Positions 1 through 12,529 of a stretch of DNA of 64,000 nt are shown in pieces. Numbering within the stretch: the stretch's first letter is position 1; each line of letters starts with the position of its first letter. This stretch comes from Chrysemys picta bellii (Eukaryota): NCBI RefSeq assembly GCF_011386835.1, contig NC_088810.1, forward strand, positions 2,976,001 through 3,040,000. The letters are read 5' to 3'. The position numbers and the translations under genes are program-made. The notes under the pieces are model-generated. The model saw only the letters and a list, made by a program, of their open reading frames with translations, was not told the DNA's origin and did no database searches.

Positions 1-76
1 GCTGGACATATATTGGGTTGGACTAGGTGATCTGGGGCATCTCTTCTGGCCTTAATCACTATGTCTCTATGACTCT
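1..76 (+). mobile_element. CR1 LINE 3' end fragment
   Basis: GGGTTGGACTAGGTGATCT...CTTCTGGCCTT followed by CTATG/CTATGACT tail repeats typical of CR1 3' termini. Confidence 0.65.
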
Positions 77-162
77 GACTCTATTGACGTGGGTTAGTAA
101 ATAGCTGTTGGGAGGGAAAACCCCTAACCCTGACTAGAATTTATGTTTATTTTCCCAGGGTT

Positions 163-1401
163 ATGAAAGATTCAAAAACTCACTGGGCTGATTTGTTTTC
201 AAAATGGGGCAGGAAACTGCCCGGTCTGTCTGAGGAAGAAACTGAAAAATTCCAGTCCACTGTCAAAGCTGGGAAGCTCTCAGAAGCCATTTCTGTGGTG
301 AAAAAGTCTGATGAATTGCTAAGAAATACCAAACTCAACATCGCCATCACAGGTAACGCTGGCTCTGGGAAGTCGTCTTTCATCAATGCCATAAGAAGCT
401 TGAATGATGATGACAGTGGTGCAGCTAAGATTGGGCTGACAGAAACAACAGAAAGGCCAACTGCTTATCCCCATCCTATTCACCCAAATGTGATTGTGTG
501 GGACCTTCCTGGGATCGGAACAACGAAATATCCAAGAGAAACATATGCAGAAGGTGTGAGCCTTGACCGCTATGATTTTTTCATCATCATCGCAGCCGGG
601 CGCTTCCTAGAAACTGATAGCCACCTTGCCAAAGAAATCAACAAGATGGGAAAGAAGTTTTATTTTGTCCGCACCAAGGTAGATGTGGACTTGGCTAATG
701 GAAAAAAAAGTCATGATTTTAAAGAGGAGAAAACTCTACATGTAATCAGAAGTGACTGCATGGAGCAACTACAAAAAGCAGGCATCATTTCCCCACAAGT
801 TTTCCTGGTGTCGAGATGGGACTTTGACAAGTACGATTCTCCCCAACTGCAGGAGGTTTTGGCAAATGATCTCAACACTCACAGAAGACACGTTCTCATC
901 TGTGCCCTGCCCAGCACCTCTGAAGAAATCTTGAAAGAGAAACAGAAGGCCCTGCAGGAACAGATCTGGAAACAAGCCCTGATGTCGTGTAGTATCGCTG
1001 CTGTTCCTCTCCCATTTCTCTCGGTTAAGTGTGATGTCGACATCCTGGTGGAAAACATGAGAGAGTATTGCAAGTGCTTTGGCCTGGATGAAGACTCACT
1101 CAAATCACTCGCTAAGCAGGTTGGGAAGTCTGTTAATGAGCTGAAGTCTGAGATAAAGTCCCCTCTGGCCAAAGATATAACAAGAGAAGAGGCTTTGAAG
1201 CGGCTCAGAGAGGCTACAGGGGAACGTATGATGACAGTTAAATATTTTATCAGTGTGGTACCACTGATTGGCACTGGGATAGCAGCAAAGAGATCGTACA
1301 GTGTCACATTTGAAGTGCTACATACATTTTTGGATGAAGTTGCAGAAGATGCTCAACGAGTCCTGAAAAAGGCTTTGGAGGGAGCAGAGAATAATCAATA
1401 A
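163..1401 (+). CDS. IRGC-like: G1: immunity-related GTPase (p47/IRG, interferon-inducible GTPase 5-like), 412 aa, single coding exon
   Basis: G1 GNAGSGKS, G3 WDLPG, G4 RTKVD, YDFF and C-terminal VAEDAQRVL..ALE motifs; pyrimidine tract and CCCAG acceptor (157-158) 4 nt before ATG. Orthology to IRGC not established. Confidence 0.95.
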   Translation: MKDSKTHWADLFSKWGRKLPGLSEEETEKFQSTVKAGKLSEAISVVKKSDELLRNTKLNIAITGNAGSGKSSFINAIRSLNDDDSGAAKIGLTETTERPTAYPHPIHPNVIVWDLPGIGTTKYPRETYAEGVSLDRYDFFIIIAAGRFLETDSHLAKEINKMGKKFYFVRTKVDVDLANGKKSHDFKEEKTLHVIRSDCMEQLQKAGIISPQVFLVSRWDFDKYDSPQLQEVLANDLNTHRRHVLICALPSTSEEILKEKQKALQEQIWKQALMSCSIAAVPLPFLSVKCDVDILVENMREYCKCFGLDEDSLKSLAKQVGKSVNELKSEIKSPLAKDITREEALKRLREATGERMMTVKYFISVVPLIGTGIAAKRSYSVTFEVLHTFLDEVAEDAQRVLKKALEGAENNQ

Positions 1402-1635
1402 CAGTGTCGCAAGGCAGAGCTTCTCCCCAACTTCCCAGGATAAACTGCCACAGCCCCGGTCTCCTTTCTGCAGTTTGATTGTCCCAAATATAAACAAACC
1501 AAGAGACAAAACCGTTTTTCAGCTCAACCTTCCACTGCCGACTTTCATGGCCTCCCCTCCCAGGGGTCTCCGGCAGTCCTGCTGCTCCTGCTTCCTGGCT
1601 CTCTCTCAGCCAGTCCCCCCTCAGAGGATCTCTCT

Positions 1636-2032
1636 AGGGTCTGTTCACTCTGGGAGCTAAGGCTGGCTCAGACTCAAGTTTGAGCCTCAGCCCCGCTTCC
1701 TTCCACAGCCAAATCAGCCTGACTCAGGTCAGTGAGCACTTGGGAATGGGTCCTAGAATGCTGCTGGGGGGGTGGGTCAGAACCCAAGTCCCTCTGAGTC
1801 TCAGGTCCAAGCCCTGTCATTCTGCAGTGTGGACACAGCTCATGCTGAAGACCTCAATCAGAAGCTCTGCGTAGTACAGTGTGGACACACTAGCACAGCC
1901 CTGAGACCGGGTCCAGCACTTGTAAACCCAGGTTTCTAGTGCAGTGTGGATGCTCATGCACAGGCTTCGAACACAGAGTCCACAAGCTCGCGTCCCAGAG
2001 ACCCAGGTTTACCATGCAGTGTAGACATGCCC
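1636..2032. mobile_element. PIF/Harbinger-like MITE (decayed)
   Basis: Repeated CAGTGTGGACA/CAGTGTAGACATGCCC terminal-type motifs shared with TWA-flanked MITEs elsewhere in the window; left end uncertain. Confidence 0.45.
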
Positions 2033-2654
2033 TCTCAGACCTGTATCACCCCAGGAGCAGCCCCACCACCTTAATTGGCCCAACTGGGAGCTCCTATTCT
2101 GGAACAGAAGTGGCGGGGCGGGCTGGACCTACTTCACTTACAGGGGCCAGACAAAAAAAGAGCAACATGTCTGACACCAACCCCAAGACAAGTGGGGATT
2201 GGATCTGAGTACAGAGAAGGGGGTGTTTCCTTCCTTCTCACATGTACAGGGGCACTGGAACAATTTATATAGTGGGGTGCTGAGAGCCATTGAACTGTAA
2301 ACCCTGGATATAACGGAAACCACTTCAAGCCAGGGAGTGAGGTGCCCCCCCTCCCCCCCATCTCTAGTTCCGGCACATGTGCATATAATGCAACAGACGA
2401 GAGAAAGATGGACTAAGATTTGGGGACGGGAGGGAACACCTACTTTTTTCATTTTAAATGAAGATTATTTTTAATAAGACTGGAACCAGGCAAAACTGAG
2501 GTCAAATTCCCAGCTTCTGCAATTTATTTTAACTATCCCACAGGATGGAAAAGCTTAAGGGGACACTGTCCAATGAAATACCATATTAAACACACGCTCC
2601 TCACCTGTGTCACTAATAGCACCAGACAGAAGTGTGAATTCTCAGCATCACTAC

Positions 2655-2985
2655 GGCCTGGCCTACGCTTAACAATTAGATTGACCTAGCTACATTGCAC
2701 AGGGCTGTGAAAAATGTCACACTCTGAACACTGCAATTAGGTCGACCTAACCCCGGGTAGATGCGGCTAAATCGACACAACAATTCTTCTGTCAACCTAG
2801 CTCCTGTCTGTTGGAAAAGAGGATTAACGACATCAATGGATGACGTAGGAAAGCGCTGCAGCTGCAGGACGGGACCACCCAAAGTGCAGACATGGCCTAC
2901 GGGTCGGTCTGCACTACAGAGACAATATATCAGCGCAGCTACATCACCGTAGCTATGGCGACGTAGAACCGTAGATGCAGCCCAT
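2655..2985. mobile_element. Harbinger-like MITE (decayed)
   Basis: GGCCTGGCCTACGCT...GTAGATGCAGCCC ends and internal GTCGACCTAAC/CCCCGG motifs resembling the 30443 and 33182 MITEs. Confidence 0.4.
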
Positions 2986-3375
2986 GCACAGGGAAAGGGT
3001 TTTTCCTTCGCTGTAGGTCACCACTTCCCTGAGTGATGGTTTCTTCCATCGCCATAGCTGCGTCTACACTGGGGCTCAGTCGGCAGAGCCATTTTGATCA
3101 GAGGGGTGTTAGAAACTGGCAGACTCATCCCAGATCTAACTCTGGGGCTTCTAAACCACTCCTGGGGCCAGACCTCTTGTCTGGCCATCTTCCTTGGGAG
3201 CTGGGGTGCTGCTGGCCACCTCCCCTAGACTCCGGAGCCAGTGTTGGGACCTCCAGAGCGCCCCAAGCTGCTTGTCAGCAACCTCAGAAAGACCATTTAC
3301 CCAGCCTCTCCCCAGGGGTTGGCTAAAGTTTCTGTTCTCTGGCTGCGGTGCTGAAACTCAAGGCTGTTATTAACC

Positions 3376-3910
3376 TGTAACGAAGTTGTACCCTGAGCAG
3401 GGTTTGGAAGCGTCTGGCTGCTAAACCTGTATTGGAGGCTTAATAGTTAATGAGAATCTCATCTCTGCAATTGACAACCCTGAGCTGCGGGTTGAGCTAC
3501 TGCTGGTGCGTTTAATCCCTGATTTGCTTGATTGATGCTGAGTTTAGATTTGCCTGGGAACCACCGACCCCGCTCAGACTGAGCTGAGGTGCTGGGTTTG
3601 TAATCATGGGGTGTTTGGGGTTCTCATGAGAATTAGTTTGTGTGATGCTACGTATCAACCTGTCGCTGTTGATTTGCTCAATGTTCCATACTCGGTAACC
3701 AACGTGGATTCAATCTCACCGCTCCATGTACTCATTGCTTGTGATCTGATAGTCATTCCAAACCCTGTAGATGTGCATTTATCCTTCAATAAACTGCTGT
3801 AGAATTTAATCTGACACTTTGTGCATCTGAGCTTTATTGCTCTTAGGAAAACAGGGATTAAGGGGCTTGGACTCCAGCCCTGCAGGTTGGATATTTGGAC
3901 TGGATATTTA
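3376..3910 (+). repeat. LTR-like block downstream of G1, paralogous to 18460-18950 and 28404-28971
   Basis: TGTAAC(G/T)AAGTTGTACCCTGAGCAGGGTTTGGAAGC start, AATAAA and GATCTGACACTTTGTGCATCTGA shared by all three copies; no TSD confirmed. Confidence 0.55.
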
Positions 3911-4047
3911 TATCTAGGAAGGAGGTTGGATAATTGGTTGGATTTCATGAACAGCCAGAGTTGTCGTAATGAATCATAATGAAAAATGTTGGTGGGGACA
4001 CTAAACTTCCAGCTTCAGGTTTATGCCGATCTCTAACTATTAGAGAC

Positions 4048-4903
4048 TGTGGCGGGCCTGTCACCGCAGCGCCCCCTTGGGGCAGGGGTAGGATGGGATG
4101 TCGGTGCCTCACCACTCGGCGCCTCACCACTCTATAATCCTTGTGGCCGCCCCTCTGCGAGCGGTCTGTTACAGCCTCTCTGCCTTCCTCTCCCTACTAT
4201 CGCCCCTATCTGGCGTGGTAGCATGACCTAGCAGCCAGAGTCCCTATAAACCCCCTTCCAAGTGGGGTAATGTGGCCTAGCGGCCAGAGACCCTAGAAAC
4301 CCCCTTCCAAGTGGGGTAGCGTGGCCTAGCGGCCAGAGTCCATAGAAATCCCCTTACAAGCGGGGTAGCGCGGCCTATCGGCCAGAGTCCATATAATATC
4401 CCTCATGGTTCGGGGGTCAGGGTGTAGGGGGACTTAGGCCCGCCCACTCCACCGAGCCCCGACCCAGGGCCCTGGTAGCGGCAAGCTTTCCTTGCCACTC
4501 GCTCGGCGGGGATCCACCCGCAACACGCTGAGTGTTAATACAGCTTTAATGCTGTTTATCTTTATGGTTCCCCTGGGTCACTTCCTACCATGAATACCAG
4601 CTCCTCTGCGGCAAGGGGTCCTCCAGTCTGTTCCTCCCCAGTGACGCCCTCCATCGAGGTCTCAGGTAGTGCCTCAGCTTGGCTGCCTCCCGGGTCTTGG
4701 CTCACAGGCCCTCACTCTGCAGGAGCTTGCGGCGTCCATCCTTCTCCTCCGGCGGTCAGCCCCGACTGAGCTGGTCTGCAGGCTTTTATACCTGTGCTCC
4801 AGTTGGAGCATGCCCAGCAGAGCTTCCGGGGCGTGGCTTCCTCTGCTAGGAGAGAAGGGTTAACCCCTGCTGTACCAGTGTGGGGCCACTCTGCCCCATC
4901 ACA
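4048..4903. mobile_element. Solo LTR with 5-bp TSD
   Basis: TGTGGCGGG...CCCCATCACA termini flanked by GAGAC (4043-4047 and 4904-4908). Confidence 0.8.
4215..4395. repeat. 49-bp tandem repeat (~3.5 copies) inside the solo LTR
   Basis: G(T/C)GGGGTA recurs at 4262, 4311 and 4360; unit GTGGGGTAGCGTGGCCTAGCGGCCAGAGTCCCTAGAAACCCCCTTCCAA. Confidence 0.85.
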
Positions 4904-5511
4904 GAGACCAAGGCAGGGATGGGTTGAGGGAGACAGGTTGTCCCACATCTGCTACTGTGGGGTTCTTACCCTTCCTCTCGATCATCTGGTCCTGACCATG
5001 GTCAGAGAGAGAAGACTGCACTCTATGGACTTCAGGTCTGATCCAATCTGGCAATTTCTACATTCAGTGATTAATTTGGATATATCCCTGTATTTTATAC
5101 ATTTGTTTGATTCAAAGTCACACAAGAAGCCCCCTCTCCCTGCCTCAGAGATACCAGATGAAACACAATGCAAATCTAAATACAACAGCATTACCAGCTC
5201 TGATGCTTGCATCACAAGTCTTGCAATAGTTGGTGTTTTCCTGAAAGTCCCAGCTCCAGGAGTCAGGTGATGATGTGAGAATCTCAGCTAAATTTTTTTT
5301 CCCAATGTTAATATGGTGCCAAGCTGGAAACATGACCCGTAATGGCTAAGGCACCAGAAAACAAATTTAAAAACCCCACCCACCCCCAGCCTCCCTATTC
5401 CTCCTCCCTGTGTGACCATCTGCCCTGGAGGAATCCTTGTAGGAGAGAAAAGGGAGTTCAATCTTTACTGCCTAGTCCAGTCTTGTGCCTCTTTTGATCA
5501 CATTCCCCTCC

Positions 5512-5575
5512 TGGAGCTGGGGATAGAACCCAGAGTCCTGACTCCCAACCCCCGCGCCACTCTAACCATGGAGAC
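5512..5575 (-). mobile_element. tRNA-derived SINE head (MIR/CORE-like)
   Basis: Reverse strand reads TGGTTAGAG...GGAGTCAGGACTCTGGGTTCTATCCCCAGCTC with A/B-box-like motifs. Confidence 0.55.
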
Positions 5576-6657
5576 CAGGCCCAGGACGACTCCAACCACA
5601 GAGAGACCCCCACCTAGCAGCACGGCGACCACAGAGACCCTGCCACAGAAGGACTGTAACCATGGAGACACCCACCATCCCCACCACAGCAGGACATTTC
5701 CACAGCACCCCCAACTGTCCAAGCCTGCAGCCTTTCCACGCACAGGCTGCAAACACAGGCAGCTCCCTGAGCCCCCCACTGCCTTCCCGGCACCGATCCC
5801 ACCCTCACTGGGTGCTTCCTCCCAGCCACAAAACCTTGGATCGGGGCAGCCCCATCCCCTTCCCTCCCCAGCCCACACTCCCATTATTACACTCCACTTA
5901 TACACTGGGGGCAACATCCCTGACACACTGAGGCACTGGGGACTCCACCCAGGGCTGACCCATACTGTTTTCCTGTAGTGATTCAGTTAATCTGCAGAAC
6001 CAGGGAATAAAGGCTCAGAGAAACAGGGTTTTACTACATAGTCAGGTTTTTGACCCTTTTTTTTAAACTTTCACGCTTTGCCTCCCCCTGTGGGTGTTGT
6101 TTATACTACGGAAACTGACCACCACCGACATCGGGACCTGGTCCTGCACCGCTAAGCTCAGTGAAGTCAAAGGGAGCTTTGACATTGACTTTCATAAGCA
6201 CCAGGTGTCAAACATGGAACTCCCCATCTGCTGCTGACCCTAGTTAGCAGTGAACCATGATGTCAAACGTGGCAGTTTGGACAGGACCCTAGATATGAGA
6301 TTATTGGTGTCGTCAACACTACAGTCTCGCTGTTGTTAACACTATTCAGATACTAATGAAACTGCCATTCGAGAGTAAAACAAAGCCACGTCCTTCCCTC
6401 ATGCTCAGCTCCAGGGTGTGGAGAGGGAACTGGGTATGCAGCAGGAAATGCACAAACACTCTAAGAATCCATGACCCCTTCTGGGAGAAATCTTATCCTA
6501 GCTTCTTTACTAAGGGCACAGAATGTGAACAGACGTCTAGGGCAGGATTTTCAAAGTGCCCAGCCCTAAACTTCAGTGAGAACAGAGTTAAGCCAGGGCT
6601 GACCACTTTTGCCCACTGGCTTGGAAGGGAGCCAAGCAAGGCCAATGCTGAGGAAGG

Positions 6658-7022
6658 TAGAGCTGGGACGGGTTTTTCAAATTCATCCCAACCAAACTGT
6701 TTTGCAGGAAAGGGTCAGTTTCAGTGAGTTTTGTGTTTAGAAAAAAGTTTCAAAATTGTTGAAATGTCCTGCTTTGACCTTTCCAAAATGAAGGGGGTTT
6801 TTTGATTCAAAACTATTTTTTTTTTTGTTTCTAAATGAAAGTAAATTTACATAAAACAATGTAAAAGGGGGGAAAAGGTTGAAATCGAAATAAAGATTTT
6901 TGAATAGATCAAAATAAAGCATTTCAATTCCAATCTGAATTTTTTTTCAGATTTTTATTTTTTTAAGATTTCAAGTTTTTGGCCTGATTTGGTATGGGAA
7001 AATTATTGCCCACCCAGCTCTA
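6658..7022. mobile_element. AT-rich MITE with TAGAGCTGGG TIRs
   Basis: Perfect 10-bp inverted termini TAGAGCTGGG/CCCAGCTCTA; related copies near 11163, 41529 and 58143; no TSD seen. Confidence 0.55.
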
Positions 7023-7304
7023 ATGCGCAACACGGTTAAAAACCTCACCCTTGTTACTATATACTGTTCATTTCAACCATCACCTAAACATTTGGGAGCG
7101 TTCACAAGCCCACACCACACTTGAGCCATTAAGCAACTGGCCCAGCTGCTCACACAATTCCTATAGCGCTGGAAATGACTGTACATCAGACAACCGAGTG
7201 AATGGCTAGAGCCGGTCTATTTCTATAGTAAAACAATGCTTATATATCCCTAAAACTAGGGACATGTGATTCATAGTTACATCAAAGTGTTTAGTGGTAG
7301 CTGG

Positions 7305-7973
7305 TGTGACAAAGTTCCTCCTCTATCTTGGTGGGTCCTGCACTTATTGGCGGATTTTCTTGCCTCAGAGATTCACCATGTGGGTTGGGGAACAGCCCAG
7401 AGACCTTCCCCTCTGGAAGAACCCACAGTCCAGGTCAATTGGGAGGTTTGGGGGGAACCCGGGCCCGCCCTCTACTCCGGGTTCCAGCCCAGGGCCCTGT
7501 GGACTGCAGCTGTCTATAGTGCCTCCTGTAACAGCTGCATGACAGCTACAACTCCCTGGGCTACTTCCCCATGGCCTCCTCCAAACACCTTCCTTATTCT
7601 CACCACAGGACCTTCCTCCTGGTGTCTGATAACGCTTGTGCTCCTCAGTCCTCCAGCAGCACAGCACACGCACACCCTCTCAGCTCCTTGTGCCTCTTGC
7701 TCCCAGCTCCTCACACTCCCACAAACTGAAGTGAGCTCCTTTTAAAACCCAGGTGCCCTGATTAGCCTGCCTTAATTGATTCTAGAAGCTTCTTCTTAAT
7801 TGGCTCCAGGTGTCCTAATTAGCCTGCCTGCCTTAACTGGTTCTAGCAGGTTCCTGATTACTCTAGTGCAGCCCCTGCTATGGTCAATCAGGGAACAGAA
7901 AACAACTCATCCAGTGACCAGTATATTTGCCCTCTATCAGATTCCTGTACCCCACTGGTCTGGGTCTGTCACA
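7305..7973. mobile_element. Solo LTR with 4-bp TSD
   Basis: TGTGACA...TGTCACA termini flanked by CTGG on both sides. Confidence 0.8.
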
Positions 7974-8299
7974 CTGGTAAACATGTCAAATAATTAAAAC
8001 AAAAAATGAATTGCAATTAACTAATGAACACAAACAGTGTCTGTGATTTCAAGTACATTCTAATTTAACTACCGCTAATAATCAGTAAATTCAAAAGTCA
8101 GAGCTGTACTAAAGAAACCCTCTGCCCCCGCCCAAATGCAGAAGTCAAACCCTGCCTATGCCCAGGAGCAGCGTGTGCTGATGTGTTACGTGGGCACTGG
8201 GCAAAACCAGAGGTCTAGAGGAAGGTTAGATCCTAAGCTTTGCCCCTGAAAGTGCACCAAATAAAATAATCAGATCCTCAAATTCATCACTGGAGCGTA

Positions 8300-8990
8300 G
8301 GGATTGCCAGATGGGGTCAGAGCTGACATCCATCTACATCAGTATCCTTATCTGACAGTGGCCAGCACTGGAGATTCAGAGAAAGGTGCAGCAGCAGTTG
8401 TGGGAGAACCTCCCACCATATTATGTCTCAGTCCCCCTCTCTCATTAAGATCAGTTTAAGTCCTGACCTGTTTCCCAACTGCTGTTTGGGCAGGGCTGTG
8501 TTTGGAACATGTGTTAACAGCACCATCCAGTGGAATTTTATACCTTTGCATGCAATGTTGCCACCCACATTTTACCAGGATAATAATGACCAGCAGGTTA
8601 TGAGTTCTCAAATGATACCTCACAATTCTCGCTTTATGCAAAGATAATTACGACAGTGAACGCAGGGTACATTCTGTCCCAGCATCGCATTAGCTCTGTG
8701 GGCCACAGCATCGCATTGGGACCTTGTGTTCAGCTGATTATCCACCATGACCCCCAAAACTTTGTTCCTAGCTGCACACATTGACATTGAGCCATCTTGA
8801 AACACGTAGTCTGCTTGTGCCCAGCTTGTCATGTGATCCAGATCGCTCTGTATCAGTGACCCGTCCTCTTCATTTACCACTCCCCCCATCTGTGTGTCAT
8901 CTGCAAACTTTATAGTGAGGATTTTATGCTTTCTGCATTGATAAAAATGTTAAATAGCGTAGGTCAAAGAACCGATCCTGGTGGGGAACC
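8300..8990 (-). mobile_element. CR1 LINE fragment (RT/3' region, decayed)
   Basis: Minus-strand ORF 8620-8889 has CR1 RT C-terminal motifs (IQSDLD..SWA; LGVMVDNQLN..SQCDAVA.RANAMLG). Confidence 0.75.
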
Positions 8991-9647
8991 TCGCTAGAAA
9001 CTTTTTAACCCATATAATGTTTGCCATGTTAATTTTGTATAATTCTAACACTTTTAAAACTAAATGCCATGCAGTACCAGGTCAGATGCCTTACAGAAGT
9101 TGGGGTATGTTTACACTTTAAAAGATTAGTGTTTTATGAGTAAATGTTGGTAAGTATCGATTTCACCGTACACACACACACAACCCAATGAAAAATTATT
9201 CCCATCCATGGTAATCGAAATGTACAGACAGGCAAAGTCAGAAAAATGCTCTGTGAGAACTTATTCGGGTTTGGTTTACGGCTATTTACTTCGTATATTT
9301 CAACAGGGGATGCTGATAGTGATCATCCCTGTTTTAATGGGTTATTAAGCTTTAACTTTTTGAATCTCAGCAGCTACCGTTATGAAATAATTATTGTCTG
9401 AGTCCACCCCACATAATTTCCTGATAAATGTTAACATTTTGATTAATAAAAATTGGGGGCGAAATGCTTAAAAATAAACACGAATATTATCCAGGAAAAT
9501 TATAAAAAAATAAAAATGGAATTCTGCCATTCCAAATTATATGATGTCAACACTGTTACTTTCATCAACCAAACTAGTAATCTCTCTCCATCTCTCCTGG
9601 TGAAGTTGTTCCACTTTGTATAAACCATTGACTAGATTTCAGAGCGT

Positions 9648-10349
9648 TGTGGAGGTAACACTCTGCCAGCGGGGGTGGCTCACGAGCAGCGGATCCCAGT
9701 GCGCTCGCCGGGACGAGCAGTGTACGGACTGACCTTTGGGTGAGAAACAGCCTATTAGATAGGAGAGGATCCTGTTAATCAGTTTAGGCTCTAGGTGGGG
9801 TTTTACATTCTGCTTTTATCTGTAGATCCTTAGACTTACCTCTATTGAAATCTTTATTTTTAAGCTGTATCAGATAAACGTCTATTTGTTTTACTCCAGA
9901 CATGACTAACCGCCGGGGCTGAGGAGAGGGTTGAACTGAGGGGAAGCTAGTGAACGGGGGGATGTTGATTGCACAGAGGCAGTGAATCAATGTCCAGAAG
10001 TCAAGGGACTGGGCACCCAAGTGTAACGCCCTGGGGTGCACAGACAGGTTGGAGGGACCTATCCCCCGGGGCCAGAGCTTAGCTCCGGGGGTAACTAGCT
10101 CCAAAGATTTAGCCCTAGGTTCTCTGCTCTGCCCCACAGACTCACTCTGGGAGCTAAGTGCTGGGGTGTGTGGTAGCAATTCAGCCTGTGCCCTCTGGGT
10201 AACGCGACCCCGGAGAAGGCTCCTGGCTGTGAATCCCATGGAGAGGGAGGTGCCTAACTCCCTTAGGCCACACCCCTCTCCTCGGCATTTCCACCGCTCA
10301 GCAGGCTGGCTTCTGTGGGTCCCACTCTCAGGCCTCCTCTCCCCGTGCA
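9648..10349 (-). mobile_element. LTR-like element
   Basis: TG...CA ends on the minus strand and AATAAA near 9855; no TSD confirmed. Confidence 0.45.
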
Positions 10350-10479
10350 TTGCATGGGGAGCCTGGACATGTCAAAGCTGAGCTTTGCAAGGCTGAATCT
10401 AGCCCAGAGTGTGGTTTTTCCCAAGTGGTGCAGAGAGTCAGTGGTCGAGCTGGGAGTAGATTTGAAGAATGCTGACCGT

Positions 10480-10870
10480 CTTTCCCCTCCCCCACACTAT
10501 AACCACTAGACCATAGTCCCCTCTCTGCGGAACCCAGGAGTCCTTTCTCCTGTATTAACCCACCAGACCCCACTCCCCTCCCAGAGCTGGGATAGAACTC
10601 AGGAGTCCTGGCTCCCATCCGCTCTGCTCTGACCACTAGATCCCTCACCCCTTGCTATAGAACACAGGAATCCTGATTCCCAGCTACCCCCCTACTCTAA
10701 CCACTCCATCCCACTTCCCTCCCAGGGCTGAAAACAGGACCCAGGAGTCCTGACTCCCATTCCCTACCCACAAGGCCGCTCCCTTCCCAATGCCACAGGA
10801 GGAACCCAGGAGTCCTGGCTGCCTGCTCAAAGCCAGGAATAGCACCCAGACTCCCACTCAGACTTCCTAT
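10480..10870 (-). repeat. Tandem array of ~5 tRNA-SINE-head units (~65-77 bp period)
   Basis: GGA(G/A)TCCT at 10537, 10602, 10667, 10744 and 10809, alternating with AACCACTAG-type motifs. Confidence 0.65.
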
Positions 10871-12529
10871 CGACTAGGTCACACGGCCTCTGTACCACAC
10901 TCACATCATCCATTCAGCAAATCAACACCTGGAGTTATATTTAAACGTAGGTGTAGCTATAAATAGACCTGTGCATTCTTTTGTTAGCTCGGCTGGCACT
11001 CCATGGGGCTTATCATGCCAACTTTGGGAGCTGCCCCCACTAAACAAACAGTTCTTTAGAGATAACAACAACAACTGTGCTCCGGGAAGCTTTGTCTAAG
11101 GAACCAAAAGGTGACTCAACATGTGTTCAGCTGACATCGATGGTGGCTGCATCGTTCTCGGTGAGAGCTGGTTGGGAAATGGAGAGGGGTTCTGCAGAAA
11201 AGGTTTGGTTTGCCTCAATTTTCAGTGGAAAATTCAATGTTCATCAAAAATTGAAAATGAGCCAAAAAAATGCCTCCCGGTCCCCTGAAATCCTTCAGCC
11301 TAAATCTACCAAACACTGAAAAAATTTCAGATTCCAGCCAAAAAATCAGTATTCAATTTTCCTGGGAGTGGGAGGAGAGAGGGGGAAATTTAGGAAAGAA
11401 GACACTTTCCATGAGAATGTTTGTGTTTATACTTATTATTTATTGGGGTAGCACCCAGGAAGGATCCCAGTGAGCTATGAACTGTACATGATTATTGCTA
11501 TTTATTAGGTGTATTATGGTAGCACCCAGGAGCCCCAGCCATAGACCAGGACACCCTTGCGCTAGGTGCTGTCCAAACACAGACTAAAAATTTGGTCCCT
11601 GCCCCAAAGAGCTGTGACAACCTGAGTATAAGACGAGTGATGAAAGCTGGAGACAGATGGAGGAAACAATAAGACAATATCAGACGGCGTTAGCGCTGGG
11701 TGAAATGCTTCTGCCACAATGTTGTCGACAAATACAGATTCGGTTTGACTGAAACGCTTAGCGAACGCACGTGGATTTCAGCGAATTGCTTCACTCACAC
11801 CCCAAAAAAACCCTAAAAATGCCCAAAAAAGTTTAAATGTTTCCTTTAGATCTTTTTCTGAGCCATCAGCAAACTGAGCAATTGATTATCTGCACAACAC
11901 CAGTCATCATGAGAGATGGGGAGGGATCTGAGCACCCCTGCTCCATAACCATGTCAAGCTGTTTGTAGGCATGATGGCATAGGAGAGTGTGAAGACAGAG
12001 TGAAGGGGGATAAGTGGGTAGCGTTGCAGGTGTGTACAAAGGCCAGTTTCTCTAGACACAGGAGAAACAAACAACAGCGGGCAGTTTCCTAGTTCAGAAA
12101 TCGGCCAGGCAGTCTTATGTTACATGTATGTTATGTAACTGTGTCTATACCATTTGTGGATGTATTCCAGTAATTTCCAGCATCTGGCCAGTTATTTCTG
12201 GCTGGATGCTGACATCTCAAGCACTTTCTCTTTTGGCATAATACGCAAAGCTGATAATCTGCACCACTGAACCGTTTCTGTTTTGCTGGTGATGACAAAC
12301 CAGTTTGAAGCTCTCTCTCCACAGGCAGGGATCTGTAACATTACAGACACTCAGCAGGTCTTGTGTTCCGAGCGTTAACTGCTAACACCGCACTGCCAGC
12401 TGAGGGCCACAATTTAAATTTGTGAGGGCTGCATGTTTGACTTGCCCTGTTAAAGTATAATTAAATCAAGATTGATTTTTAAACATTTCCTACAATATAC
12501 AGGCTTTTTACACCACCTCACATGACCTT

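Noticed and set aside
4215-4395. CRISPR-like array
   Set aside because: Eukaryotic tandem repeat without unique spacers, inside an LTR
5412-5978. 188-aa Thr/Pro-rich ORF
   Set aside because: Low complexity, overlaps a SINE head and degenerate repeats, and has no splice or domain support
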